Positions 7,585 to 16,326 of a stretch of 34,319 nt of DNA are shown one piece after another (the first letter of the stretch is position 1; the number at the start of each line of letters is the position of its first letter). The stretch is from positions 1 to 34,319 of the IMG/VR virus record IMGVR_UViG_3300049060_000024; one strand, 5' to 3'. Under the pieces are notes generated by a model that saw only the letters and a program-made list of their open reading frames with translations, had not been told where the DNA came from and ran no database searches. Source of the DNA: a virus. Lineage: Duplodnaviria; Caudoviricetes. The position numbers and the translations under genes were made by a program.

Positions 7585-7912
7585 AGTAGTCAATCCATGT
7601 TGGAACTATGCTGGTCGTATCGACACCTACGACGGTCATCTACAAAACGCCATCCTTGGACTAGTCGGTGAGACTGGTGAGACCGCAGACATAATCAAGA
7701 AGATGCTATACCACACGGCTAATAAGGATGCCGAGTATAGAGAGAAGTTAAAGCATGAGTTGGGTGACATCGCCTTCTATTTCGCTAAGGTCCTAGAGCT
7801 AACAGGCTTCACCCTAGAAGAAGTCCTACAGGCAAATAAGGAGAAGCTTGAATCAAGACACCCTGAGTTGGGTAAGGTCGCTGCGCGTTTCTCAGATGGA
7901 TACATTAAGTAA
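7556..7912 (+). CDS. MazG-like nucleotide pyrophosphohydrolase
   Basis: LGLVGETGETADIIKK ... HELGDIAFY ... NKEKLESRHP; SD GGAGG before ATG 7556. Confidence 0.9.
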   Translation: MNPLEQHLNEVVNPCWNYAGRIDTYDGHLQNAILGLVGETGETADIIKKMLYHTANKDAEYREKLKHELGDIAFYFAKVLELTGFTLEEVLQANKEKLESRHPELGKVAARFSDGYIK

Positions 7913-8408
7913 AGAGGAGGTTGAGTTCGCATTGGCAGGAAAACCATCCAACCCGAAAGACATCATCGGCTCTGATAAGCTCCCTCTCGACCTAGTTCCT
8001 GGAACGACTAAGGCTTACCTCGCACTTGGTCATATGGAAGGTCACCTTAAGTATGGTTTAGTTAACTGGAGAGAGGCTGGAGTGAGGCCTTCTATCTATC
8101 TAGCTGCTCTTGAACGTCATATTGAGAAGTTCAAGGCGGGAGAGTGGGAAGACCCAGTTACCCAAGTTCCCCACTTAGCAAACGCTCTAGCTTGTGTTTC
8201 CATTATGGTAGATGCGGCTCACTCAGGTAAGCTAGAAGACGATAGACCTAAGCCTAATGGTGGCTATGTGGTAGGCAGTCTCCCTGAGGTCACAACCCTT
8301 CCTAAGCTGATTGATTCGTTTAGTCAGAAGGTCAAACACCTTAAGAACTTATTCGGGGGAAGTCGCCCAACTGACTATTTTATAGACGGTGCAAAGGAGA
8401 GAGAATGA
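7896..8408 (+). CDS. dATP/dGTP diphosphohydrolase domain protein (DUF5664-like)
   Basis: SNPKDIIGSDKLPLDLVP, GHLKYGLVNWR, YLAALERHI, EDP...PHLANALAC. Confidence 0.85.
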   Translation: MDTLSKEEVEFALAGKPSNPKDIIGSDKLPLDLVPGTTKAYLALGHMEGHLKYGLVNWREAGVRPSIYLAALERHIEKFKAGEWEDPVTQVPHLANALACVSIMVDAAHSGKLEDDRPKPNGGYVVGSLPEVTTLPKLIDSFSQKVKHLKNLFGGSRPTDYFIDGAKERE

Positions 8409-8536
8409 TCTTAATAGCAGCACTATTCGTAGTCATACCACTTATACTTCTAGTTCTAACCCTAGATGATCTAACTGTAGCTTTCAAAGACTACGTAGAA
8501 ATGGTCAGGGAGGATTATGACGCATCAGACGATTAG
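8405..8536 (+). CDS. small membrane protein (43 aa)
   Basis: MILIAALFVVIPLILLVLTLDD...; SD AAGGAG; ATGA coupling. Confidence 0.6.
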   Translation: MILIAALFVVIPLILLVLTLDDLTVAFKDYVEMVREDYDASDD

Positions 8537-8672
8537 TTTCATTAAGAGTGGAGTCAGGATTCTAGGCTACGTTCTCCTCATCCCATTCAGCTTCGGATTC
8601 TTAACCATTCCAGCCGTTGTGTTAGTTATATCTGAGCTTATTGGGGTCGTAGAGGAGATTGGACATGAGTAA
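8517..8672 (+). CDS. small membrane protein (51 aa)
   Basis: MTHQTISFIKSGVRILGYVLLIPFSFGFLTIPAVVLVISELIGVVEEIGHE; SD GGAGG. Confidence 0.7.
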   Translation: MTHQTISFIKSGVRILGYVLLIPFSFGFLTIPAVVLVISELIGVVEEIGHE

Positions 8673-8835
8673 TGAAGTTGACCTAGAGGAGGTTTGGGCG
8701 GCCATAGAAAATCTACGGTATGAATTAGACGATCTACATGAGCTTATCACCTATATCCAAGACCATAGGAACACAGGATCACTAGGAGACAGGTTAGTTA
8801 AATTAGAGGAGGCTGTCTTTGGCGATAGGAGATAA
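8665..8835 (+). CDS. small coiled-coil protein (56 aa)
   Basis: MSNEVDLEEVWAAIENLRYELDDLHEL...; SD GAGGAG. Confidence 0.65.
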   Translation: MSNEVDLEEVWAAIENLRYELDDLHELITYIQDHRNTGSLGDRLVKLEEAVFGDRR

Positions 8836-8974
8836 GCTTAGATTTATCAGGATAAAATCAGCCACCAATGATGCTATGTCAGCAGAGTTGAAAACCCTCC
8901 TAGGAAATGAGCAAATCATTCATATGGCAGTGGATGGGAATACAATTATCCTATTGGTGGAAGCCTGTGAGTAA
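8819..8974 (+). CDS. hypothetical protein (51 aa, TTG start)
   Basis: SD GAGGAGG then TTG; MAIGDKLRFIRIKSATND...; fills the gap before the kinase. Confidence 0.5.
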   Translation: MAIGDKLRFIRIKSATNDAMSAELKTLLGNEQIIHMAVDGNTIILLVEACE

Positions 8975-9398
8975 CTTACTAATTGCTTTCATGGGCCTCC
9001 CCAGGTCTGGTAAAAGTACTTTATGCTCCAGCCTATCTAAGGAGTTAGGTGCCCCAATCGTTCGAAGGGATGCCATCCGTCTAGCCCTGCATGGTCAACG
9101 CTACGCCTCAGATGCTGAACCCATGGTGAAGGCCATGTCGCTCTATATGATTAAAGCCCTCTTCGAGGCTGGGCATGAAGTTGTTATCTGTGATGAAACC
9201 AATTACTCTCGTGCGGCGCGAAGGGCTCTACTTTCTCCACAATGGAAGACTGTATACTACCCTGTCCTTACCTCCCCGGAAACGTGTAAAGAGAGGGCTA
9301 TTCGAACAGGTCAGGAAGACCTTATCTCAGTTATTGATGAGATGTTTGCACGGTATGAACCATTAGGAGAGGACGAGGAAGTTTACGAGCATGTCTAA
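8967..9398 (+). CDS. P-loop kinase (AAA_33 / polynucleotide-kinase-like)
   Basis: Walker A GLPRSGKS, RRDAIR, VVICDETN, RxxR, CKER; probable GTG start at 8967. Confidence 0.85.
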   Translation: MSNLLIAFMGLPRSGKSTLCSSLSKELGAPIVRRDAIRLALHGQRYASDAEPMVKAMSLYMIKALFEAGHEVVICDETNYSRAARRALLSPQWKTVYYPVLTSPETCKERAIRTGQEDLISVIDEMFARYEPLGEDEEVYEHV

Positions 9399-9495
9399 GA
9401 GTCCCTACACTCTAGAGCCTAGGTTCTGTATCTGTAACGGAAGTCCGTATACGATCTGTGCGATTTGTATAAAGAAGAGGAAGAAGTCTAAATGA
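9391..9495 (+). CDS. Cys-rich basic microprotein (34 aa)
   Basis: MSKSPYTLEPRFCICNGSPYTICAICIKKRKKSK. Confidence 0.45.
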   Translation: MSKSPYTLEPRFCICNGSPYTICAICIKKRKKSK

Positions 9496-9578
9496 GCAAG
9501 GATGACAAGTCTAGGTGTTTCTTTTGTGGTAGCGAGTACCATTCAACAATGGCATGTCCATTAATAGCAGGGAGTTAA
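9492..9578 (+). CDS. CCHC zinc-knuckle microprotein (28 aa)
   Basis: MSKDDKSRCFFCGSEYHSTMACPLIAGS = C-x2-C-x4-H-x4-C; ATGA coupling. Confidence 0.55.
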   Translation: MSKDDKSRCFFCGSEYHSTMACPLIAGS

Positions 9579-9579
9579 G

Positions 9580-10767
9580 ATGAGCATTCTAGATAGAGAC
9601 ATCAGGCCGTGGGACGTCGCCTACACCACCTTCGTGTCTGATGCAGAAGAGTTCGATAGGGAAGTTAGACAGTGGTATAAGGATAGTCATGGTGGTCTCG
9701 ACCCAGCCCTATCTGACGTGCATCACGGTTACTGGCGAGTCATTCAGGAGCGGGACTGGTGGGTGACACCAAGACGAGCCTTACAGGATGCGTGGCCTAT
9801 GCCAGTAGAACCACCTGAGCCAGGATCAACCGAGAAGCTAAAGATCAATGGTCAGTTCTTCATGAAGGAGAGTGGTGAGAGGTTTACCGCTAAGGAAACC
9901 ACACAGTTCAGACTCTATAAGAGGTTCTTGGAGGGAGAGGACATCAGCCCAATCGTAGCTCAGGTCCAGTCCTATGGGTTTAATATGGTCAGGGTTCTAG
10001 GAACCTGCGACTATATGTTCCACCTCTATCCACAGGAGTATAGTGACCGCTACTACACATCACTAGGACCATTTGCCTCCTATCTCTCATCATTTGGGAT
10101 CTATCTTGAGTTTGTGGTTTTTGCGGATGCCACTAGGGTGATGCCAAATGGGAATGAGCAGGTTAACCACTGGAATAGGGTGGTCTCATCGTTCCAAGGG
10201 GTTCCTAACGTCATCGTAGAACTGGTTAATGAGAATGACCAGACTATTAATCACATCGACACGAACATCTTCCCTAGGATTCCTGGTGTGATCCTAAGTC
10301 ATGGATCTAACGGTAGTCAGGCCCATCCTGTTGAACCATTCTGGGACTATGTAACCTTCCATACAAATGGAGCGTTTGAGGAGCAGAGGAAGATTGGACA
10401 CAATGCGTGGGAAATCTGGGGCGGACCAACCCTGACTAACGAGACGAGTAGGTATTGGGAAGTTGGTATGTGGGTGGGAAGTAGTCTAGACCGACAGAAG
10501 ACTCTAGCTTACGACTCAGCTGCAGGAGCTGCTCTACTCTGTGCTGGAGCCTGCTACCACACAGTAAATGGTAAGCAGTCAGTCCTATGGACCTCAAATG
10601 AGGGTGAGGTTGGAAAGATGTGGACTTCAGGCATGGACTCTGTTCCCCTTGAGTTCCAAGATGGTGCTTATATCCGTAGGGATGACCTTTTAGCACCTGA
10701 TGTTCTAAGGGCCTATGAGAGACGACTCTCAGATGGTCGAGGACATGTAGTTCTCATCCATAAGTAA
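9580..10767 (+). CDS. putative glycoside hydrolase, clan GH-A (GH5-like TIM barrel) with N-terminal extra domain
   Basis: GFNMVRV, GIYLEFVVF, IVELVNE (acid/base), YVTFH, TLTNET (nucleophile); Pro-rich linker PVEPPEP. Confidence 0.65.
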   Translation: MSILDRDIRPWDVAYTTFVSDAEEFDREVRQWYKDSHGGLDPALSDVHHGYWRVIQERDWWVTPRRALQDAWPMPVEPPEPGSTEKLKINGQFFMKESGERFTAKETTQFRLYKRFLEGEDISPIVAQVQSYGFNMVRVLGTCDYMFHLYPQEYSDRYYTSLGPFASYLSSFGIYLEFVVFADATRVMPNGNEQVNHWNRVVSSFQGVPNVIVELVNENDQTINHIDTNIFPRIPGVILSHGSNGSQAHPVEPFWDYVTFHTNGAFEEQRKIGHNAWEIWGGPTLTNETSRYWEVGMWVGSSLDRQKTLAYDSAAGAALLCAGACYHTVNGKQSVLWTSNEGEVGKMWTSGMDSVPLEFQDGAYIRRDDLLAPDVLRAYERRLSDGRGHVVLIHK

Positions 10768-10790
10768 GTTCAATAAGTAAGTTCAAGTAG

Positions 10791-10832
10791 AAATAAAAAA
10801 GCCCCCTAAAATCTAGGGGGCTTTCGTATTTT
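10791..10832. terminator. bidirectional intrinsic terminator between the convergent arms
   Basis: AAAAAA-GCCCCCTA-AAATC-TAGGGGGC-TTTCGTATTTT. Confidence 0.9.
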
Positions 10833-10854
10833 AGACTACCTTTCTAATGGTAGA

Positions 10855-11142
10855 CTACTTATTTGTGACGGCCTTCGCTGCAAGTAGGCTAGCCTTTAGG
10901 GCCTCTCTCGCCTTAGCTACGGCGTGCTCAGCATCTAGGTAGGCCTGATATAGCTTACCTACGTTCTCATCATTGAGAAGATCCTTCTCAGCTGCGAACT
11001 CAGCTAGACTGACTGAGAGGCCAATAGCAGCACCAATAGCATCTCTCTTATTTTTATCATCAGCACCCTTAACTAGATTAACGATGTTAATGATTCCTGG
11101 TGTTACTAGAATTAGCTTTGACACGAACTTTGTTACATCCAT
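10855..11142 (-). CDS. hypothetical helical protein
   Basis: 95-aa ORF with SD AAGGAG; last gene of the - arm. Confidence 0.75.
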   Translation of the reverse strand: MDVTKFVSKLILVTPGIINIVNLVKGADDKNKRDAIGAAIGLSVSLAEFAAEKDLLNDENVGKLYQAYLDAEHAVAKAREALKASLLAAKAVTNK

Positions 11143-11144
11143 TC

Positions 11145-11513
11145 TTATTCTCCTTCTGGGTTAATGGGTAAATAGGGAAACGGCTTGTTTTCTTTTCTAT
11201 GTTTGTTCCATGCGTGGTGACCGAAAGCTTTTACTCCTAGCCATCTGGTCCACGAGATTGGACTAAACCATCTTAGTTTAGACCTCATCTGAATAGATTC
11301 CTTTAACCTGTCGTTAGCTTGGTCGAAGGTTACAGGCTCCTTATAAATAGTCATCGCATATCTGTAGTGGAAGTCGTGTTCCCAACATGATTCGATAAAC
11401 CAATCCTTTACTCCTGTACAACCATCAGATTTAGGTTCTACATTATTCGCCCACCATCTAATTACCTTCCAATAGGCTTTATTTTCTAGTTTAGGTAAGT
11501 TAAGTTTAGACAA
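11145..11513 (-). CDS. phospholipase A2-like protein
   Basis: SDGCTG...CWEHDFHY (C-x2-H-D-x2-Y), downstream 'ANDRL', GVKAFG. Confidence 0.55.
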   Translation of the reverse strand: MSKLNLPKLENKAYWKVIRWWANNVEPKSDGCTGVKDWFIESCWEHDFHYRYAMTIYKEPVTFDQANDRLKESIQMRSKLRWFSPISWTRWLGVKAFGHHAWNKHRKENKPFPYLPINPEGE

Positions 11514-12834
11514 GGATCGTTCCTGCAGGATATGTCCATTTATTTGGACCTTTGTGGATGGTCACGTTCTCCCACACATAGCCATTGGGATTGAAGTACT
11601 CAAGAGTCTGAACGCCCCTAAGTGGTAACGTAGTTCCTGCTGGGAAGCCAGAACCATCATGTTGAATGCCATAGTTACCTTCATAGAACTCAACATTCTT
11701 AAACGACAAACCACTGAATGGTTGCTGTGGCTTAAGGAACTCAATAGCTGAATGAACTGAAGAGTTCACTACCTTGAAGTCCTCAAAGGATAGATTCTGA
11801 ACTCCACCTTGGAGTTGAAGTGTTCTACCATTGCCCCCATAAGCTGCGTTCGATAGGTCTTCAATTGTAAAGTTCTTGAATGAGACATTCTTCATGACTT
11901 CGGAAGGCTGGAGATAATCTCTACCTAAGATTGAGATTCCACCTGCCACATGTTTCATGGTGCAGTTGGTGAATTCTACATTCTCAATGGTGGCGTATGG
12001 ATCCCGTCCATATTGGTTCCTGACGGTCAGGACAATACCATAGCCAACTTGGGCGTCTACCCACGAGTTCTCAAAGAGGCAGTTGTCTACCTTGACATTC
12101 TTAGCCATCTTGAGTTCGAACAGATTCTTATTACCTGTGCTGGCTTGGAACCTCCAAGTGTTTGGTTTGTTAAAATGGCAATTTGTAAAGGAGATATTCT
12201 TTGGCATTCTAGACTCAGCTAGGGCATCTCCTCCACCAAACATCACATTCTCACCTGAGGCCTCTAGATAACAGTTATCTACCACGACGCCGTCTGCGTC
12301 ACGCTCTGATAGGAGGGCCTGAGAGTCATCTGAGTACCAGAAGCCCCCTAGCCATGAGTCGAGAGCTGAAAAGCCGCTAGAAGCCACATAGACGCCTCTC
12401 TTCTGTCCATTTGGTGAACCCTGTAGGACTACCATGTCTAGAAGAAGGTTAGGCTTATTCATTATGACAAGAGTGTTACTAGGGGTAGTTCCCAGTACCT
12501 TAACCTTAACGAGATTAACGTCTGGTGCCTCTACATAGACCTGACCATTAATGGTTGGGAGAGGATCGGTTGGTGTTGGTCTACCTTGTAGTGGGGCGTT
12601 CTCCTGCACTAAGGTGCAAGGCTTAGAAATGGTTATAGAACTTGAGTTAAAAGCAGTCGGTAGAATATAATGTGTTCCTACGGAACCGTTGGCAATAAGG
12701 GACTCTAAGTTATCGCCAACCTGAACATTGTAGGTTGGGATAGGGGGATTTAAAAGAAGTTCTATTTCGGTAAGAGCAGAGTCGAGAGATAGCTTACTAG
12801 CTAACAGGTTCTGTTTGATTGTCTCTAGGCTCAT
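11506..12834 (-). CDS. right-handed parallel beta-helix protein (pectin-lyase-like; putative polysaccharide depolymerase)
   Basis: Repeating coils NCYLE, NISFTNCHF, NVKVDNCLF, NVEFTNCTM, NVSFKNFTI; N-terminal amphipathic helix. Confidence 0.75.
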   Translation of the reverse strand: MSLETIKQNLLASKLSLDSALTEIELLLNPPIPTYNVQVGDNLESLIANGSVGTHYILPTAFNSSSITISKPCTLVQENAPLQGRPTPTDPLPTINGQVYVEAPDVNLVKVKVLGTTPSNTLVIMNKPNLLLDMVVLQGSPNGQKRGVYVASSGFSALDSWLGGFWYSDDSQALLSERDADGVVVDNCYLEASGENVMFGGGDALAESRMPKNISFTNCHFNKPNTWRFQASTGNKNLFELKMAKNVKVDNCLFENSWVDAQVGYGIVLTVRNQYGRDPYATIENVEFTNCTMKHVAGGISILGRDYLQPSEVMKNVSFKNFTIEDLSNAAYGGNGRTLQLQGGVQNLSFEDFKVVNSSVHSAIEFLKPQQPFSGLSFKNVEFYEGNYGIQHDGSGFPAGTTLPLRGVQTLEYFNPNGYVWENVTIHKGPNKWTYPAGTILV

Positions 12835-13117
12835 CCTTGGGTTTCCTTGTTCTGGGTTTGGTAAGATTGAACGGCGATACTGACTTAATCATCGCTCGGG
12901 GGACGAACGTACGTCCCCTGAACACATCGTGGCCATCTTGAGTAGATTGCTCATTCGCAACTGAAACACCAACATGGTCGTCTTGAATGAGCCAGCCAAT
13001 CGTCTCCACTGGCATGGGTTCGTGGGTTGCAGCAATTCCGTGAGCAGTTGCAAAGTTCTCTTGGTCCTGCCAAGCATCGTCCCACGACACAATTACTAGC
13101 TGTCTCTTCGGCTTCAT
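12797..13117 (-). CDS. hypothetical phage protein
   Basis: VIVSWDDAW...ETIGWL...FVPRAMI pattern typical of small phage beta proteins; SD GGAGG. Confidence 0.7.
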   Translation of the reverse strand: MKPKRQLVIVSWDDAWQDQENFATAHGIAATHEPMPVETIGWLIQDDHVGVSVANEQSTQDGHDVFRGRTFVPRAMIKSVSPFNLTKPRTRKPKDEPRDNQTEPVS

Positions 13118-13186
13118 GTCCCTCCAACCTTAATACTCTAAGCGCATTTCTCCAGTTCGACTCTGGACGATCCGCTTGGAGCATGA

Positions 13187-13798
13187 CTATCTACCAAAAT
13201 AGCCCTGAAACTTAACAAGATCCGACCAGACAGCCCCGCCAGAGAAACCGTCGCACGGTCTACCGTGAGCAACCTGAAGGACTGATACGACCTCGCCCTG
13301 CTCGTTAAGGACAGCAGATCCACTGTTCCCTCCACACACTGTCATATCAAATGTCATGAAGTGCTCTCCACCTAGGTTCGAATCTACTGAGGCGATATAA
13401 CCTCTAAATAGTTGTGGATCAGGATATCCTAGTGGGTGTCCATAGACATAGACCTTCTGACCTACATTAGGGCTTCGTAGTGCTAGGCGTAGTGCCTTAC
13501 CTCCACTGAGTCCAGGAACCTGTAGGATTGCCATGTCATGGACGAAGTCTCTTGCGATTGGATTTGCTGTCTGGCCGCCAATCTGGATGGTGACTCCTTC
13601 GACAATAAGGTCTGGGTCAGGTACGCAATGGTTGGCTGTTAGCCAATAGTGCTTAGCACTATTAATGAGTGAGGCTGTACAGATATTGCTGCCCTCGTGG
13701 GTAATTGGGAGGACTGACTTAACGACCTGTGAAACGTCAAACGCAAACGCTGGAATTGAGAGAGTGAAGGCAAGAAGTGCTGTAAGGAAGAATCTCAC
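13187..13798 (-). CDS. secreted trypsin-like serine protease
   Basis: Signal peptide ending AFA; triad TANHC, HDMAIL, GGNSGSAV. Confidence 0.9.
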   Translation of the reverse strand: MRFFLTALLAFTLSIPAFAFDVSQVVKSVLPITHEGSNICTASLINSAKHYWLTANHCVPDPDLIVEGVTIQIGGQTANPIARDFVHDMAILQVPGLSGGKALRLALRSPNVGQKVYVYGHPLGYPDPQLFRGYIASVDSNLGGEHFMTFDMTVCGGNSGSAVLNEQGEVVSVLQVAHGRPCDGFSGGAVWSDLVKFQGYFGR

Positions 13799-13857
13799 GT
13801 TGAACTCCTATGGGAAGAGGAGTGGGGACCTTAACCTAGGCCCCCATGGAAGGGAGT

Positions 13858-13905
13858 TTAGATGGATGGGCGAGGAAATTTACCGAATAGTAGATCGAAC
13901 GTCAC
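13858..13905 (-). CDS. putative leader peptide (15 aa)
   Basis: SD AAGGAG (13915-13920), GTG start, MTFDLLFGKFPRPSI*. Confidence 0.35.
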   Translation of the reverse strand: MTFDLLFGKFPRPSI

Positions 13906-13995
13906 GACGTCTTTCTCCTTGCTGACTAAGTAACCACGTGTAGAAGAACCACTCCATATAGGTTAATGAGTTTTACTTATCCTTTAAGGACTAGC

Positions 13996-14763
13996 TTACA
14001 GGATTCTAAACTTAGTAGATCCTTTCTCTGCCTTTAGGTTTCTAAACCAACCGAAGCATGATCGGCACTGGAACCTCTGATAGGTTCGTGTGATGGCTCG
14101 CTGAACACCTCGAGACTGGAATTTCTTAGAACCACAGCGTGGACAACCTGTCCCACCGAAGAGTTCCCGACTTACATAATTAGGAATATAAGGGATGAGC
14201 TTCTTGAAAACATCTTTGAGCAAGATCACATCTTGCTTGTTGTAAGAGACCATCTCTTTGATTGCGGCCTTATCACCCTTGAGGACCTTCATCCATAGTC
14301 CTGAAGTTGTAGGCTTCTTCCTACCTACCTTTAAGAGCTTACCAATGTAATCCAATTTGTTGCTGTTTAGCATGAACCTAGCCTTTGCCACCTTGTAAGT
14401 GTCAATAGATGCGATGGGCGGTAGGGCTGGAAGATCATGGTATAGTGCGCGAGTGTCGATATACTTCTTGTCAAAACTGTCCGAGTTATGTCCAACGATG
14501 ACATCAGCCTCGCTTAGCACATCATGGAGGGTCTTTACTACATGGTAGTCGTCTCCTGGATCCTTAGCGTAACGTTCTGGATCGTCTAGGACAGACACGG
14601 CATGAACGGTCTTTTCACCTTCCCACATCCAGCTTGCACAGATGATGTACCTTTCTGTAACCAATGAGGACGGATCAATCCAGTCATTGTTGCCAAGTTG
14701 AAACACGGCAACTAGCTGGAGTGAAGTTTCTATATCAAAGTACAGCACACGCGGATTTTCCAT
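13996..14763 (-). CDS. DEDD / RNase H-like 3'-5' exonuclease with C-terminal zinc ribbon
   Basis: YFDIET, GHNSDSFD, IDT, SNKLDY, YNKQDV; CPRCG...CRSC. Confidence 0.9.
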   Translation of the reverse strand: MENPRVLYFDIETSLQLVAVFQLGNNDWIDPSSLVTERYIICASWMWEGEKTVHAVSVLDDPERYAKDPGDDYHVVKTLHDVLSEADVIVGHNSDSFDKKYIDTRALYHDLPALPPIASIDTYKVAKARFMLNSNKLDYIGKLLKVGRKKPTTSGLWMKVLKGDKAAIKEMVSYNKQDVILLKDVFKKLIPYIPNYVSRELFGGTGCPRCGSKKFQSRGVQRAITRTYQRFQCRSCFGWFRNLKAEKGSTKFRIL

Positions 14764-14788
14764 CAATTCTCCTTAAGGTCCGGTTAGT

Positions 14789-15271
14789 TTAGAAGGACGG
14801 CTCTGAATTGTCAATTCCGGCGCTCATCGAGTCCATTGCGCCCCCTGCGGGCTCGGGCGTCTGACTCATGGCATCCATTGCGCCACCAGACTGTGGAAGA
14901 CCTTGAGGCATTTCCTGACCACCTAGGGAGTTAAGGTCAAGGCTCTGGCCGCTGTTCATAGCGTCCATCATAGCCTTCATAGGACTAGCAGCATCATGAT
15001 CCGCTTGGGCTCGTGTGAGGGTGTCCATAGCGTTCTGATGGGCAATCTGAGAGCCTAGCTGACCTGGTGCATACACCTTTCCACCTGTCTGTTGGTATAG
15101 TCCTCTATAGTCAAATGGGACGTCAGGCTGTTCTTCTAGCTGATTTGCCTCCATCCACGACTTGAAGATGACTTCTTCGAGAGGTGATAGTTCGGTCTGG
15201 ACGAGGCGCTGAATGGCCAGCATCACTGCTGGGTCTGGCCCCTGCTGGGGTTTTGCTTTAGGATTGTTCAT
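14789..15271 (-). CDS. hypothetical protein (probable virion-associated; low-complexity Met/Gly C-terminus)
   Basis: 160-aa ORF in the late operon; TELSPLEE..F..W...FDYRG motif. Confidence 0.65.
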   Translation of the reverse strand: MNNPKAKPQQGPDPAVMLAIQRLVQTELSPLEEVIFKSWMEANQLEEQPDVPFDYRGLYQQTGGKVYAPGQLGSQIAHQNAMDTLTRAQADHDAASPMKAMMDAMNSGQSLDLNSLGGQEMPQGLPQSGGAMDAMSQTPEPAGGAMDSMSAGIDNSEPSF

Positions 15272-15274
15272 AGG

Positions 15275-15910
15275 TTACTTCTTCTCTGGTCCGTAGATAG
15301 CGTATGGTGAACCGGCGTTCCTTAAGATTCTCTTGGCGACTTCGCTCCCTAGGTTACTGTCTAAACCTGCGTCTCCACCCCTAGTCGTTGGGGCTCCATC
15401 CTTGAGCATTCCGAAGTTGGTGTCGAAGTCCCACACATCATAGATGTGGTCATAGTCGGCGTCTGCCCCATTCTGCCACTCTTTTAAGAGGGCTGTAGGA
15501 TCATTGAGGGCGCCGTTAGCATCTACTGGGAGCATCTTCCCATTCTTAGGGTTGACTCGAGAGAACCGCCCAAGGCCGCCAATGTTGGCAACACCGTTCT
15601 CATAGCTGGGTTCCCTGTATGGAAGTGATCCTCTCCTACTTTGTGGTGGCTTCGTCCTAGGGAGGACGTCCGAGTCTGGATGGATATACTGCTCAAGATA
15701 AGGCATATCTGGAGAGACTAGGGTTCCATACTTCAAGCCTATAGCCTTAATCAAGTTCTCAACGGAGCCCTTACGTTCGCCCTTAGGATGATGTTGGTTA
15801 TCCTCATCATAAAGAAGCTTAGAGGTAAGGTAGTCCCATAGGGTAGTACCACCCATAGACTGGGTGGCGGCGTCCATAATGATTTGAGCTAGACTTGGTT
15901 TGTCGGGCAT
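15275..15910 (-). CDS. hypothetical protein
   Basis: 211-aa ORF coupled (TAATG) to the lysozyme. Confidence 0.7.
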   Translation of the reverse strand: MPDKPSLAQIIMDAATQSMGGTTLWDYLTSKLLYDEDNQHHPKGERKGSVENLIKAIGLKYGTLVSPDMPYLEQYIHPDSDVLPRTKPPQSRRGSLPYREPSYENGVANIGGLGRFSRVNPKNGKMLPVDANGALNDPTALLKEWQNGADADYDHIYDVWDFDTNFGMLKDGAPTTRGGDAGLDSNLGSEVAKRILRNAGSPYAIYGPEKK

Positions 15911-16326
15911 TATCCTATACCATCTGACATCATTTTGGCAAGGCGCTTAGCCCTACCTTTGACCTGCTTGGCCCACTTAGAGTTAAGCATCGCGTTTGAA
16001 GCGTCCACGAACCTTGAGTCCTTCACCGCTTTTAGCATATTCTTGAACCCTCTGAACCTCGTTGGACCGAGGTTGAACCGCATATCCAGTAACACACGCT
16101 GACGTGTGTCGTCCAGATCCTCGAAATAGGGCAAGAAGCTTTTTAAGTCTGTTAAGCATTCGTTTATATCATTATCAAGAAGATAATTGATCTCATCTTC
16201 CGATAAACCTTTGTCTCGTAGGTTTCGGCCTACTCCGATGGTTTCAACCCCTAGGGAGTCTTTATAGACCTTAGTCTTTTTACCCTCATGGGAGATGAGT
16301 TGGGTTTTAAGCTTCTGGCGGTCCAA
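15910..16326 (-). CDS. endolysin, T4-type lysozyme (GH24)
   Basis: HEG...VYKDSLGVETIGVGRNL (E-x8-D-x5-T), DMRFNLG, SKWAKQV..RAKRL; likely TTG start at 16326. Confidence 0.92.
   Translation of the reverse strand: MDRQKLKTQLISHEGKKTKVYKDSLGVETIGVGRNLRDKGLSEDEINYLLDNDINECLTDLKSFLPYFEDLDDTRQRVLLDMRFNLGPTRFRGFKNMLKAVKDSRFVDASNAMLNSKWAKQVKGRAKRLAKMMSDGIG

Noticed and set aside
7556-8408. Definite Z-genome (2-aminoadenine) phage
   Set aside because: No PurZ or DatZ is in the window, and MazG and DUF5664 also occur without them.
10760-10786. Tandem 13-bp repeat ATAAGTAAGTTCA x2 as a CRISPR or iteron
   Set aside because: Only two adjacent copies with no spacers; probably a local duplication beside the stop codon.
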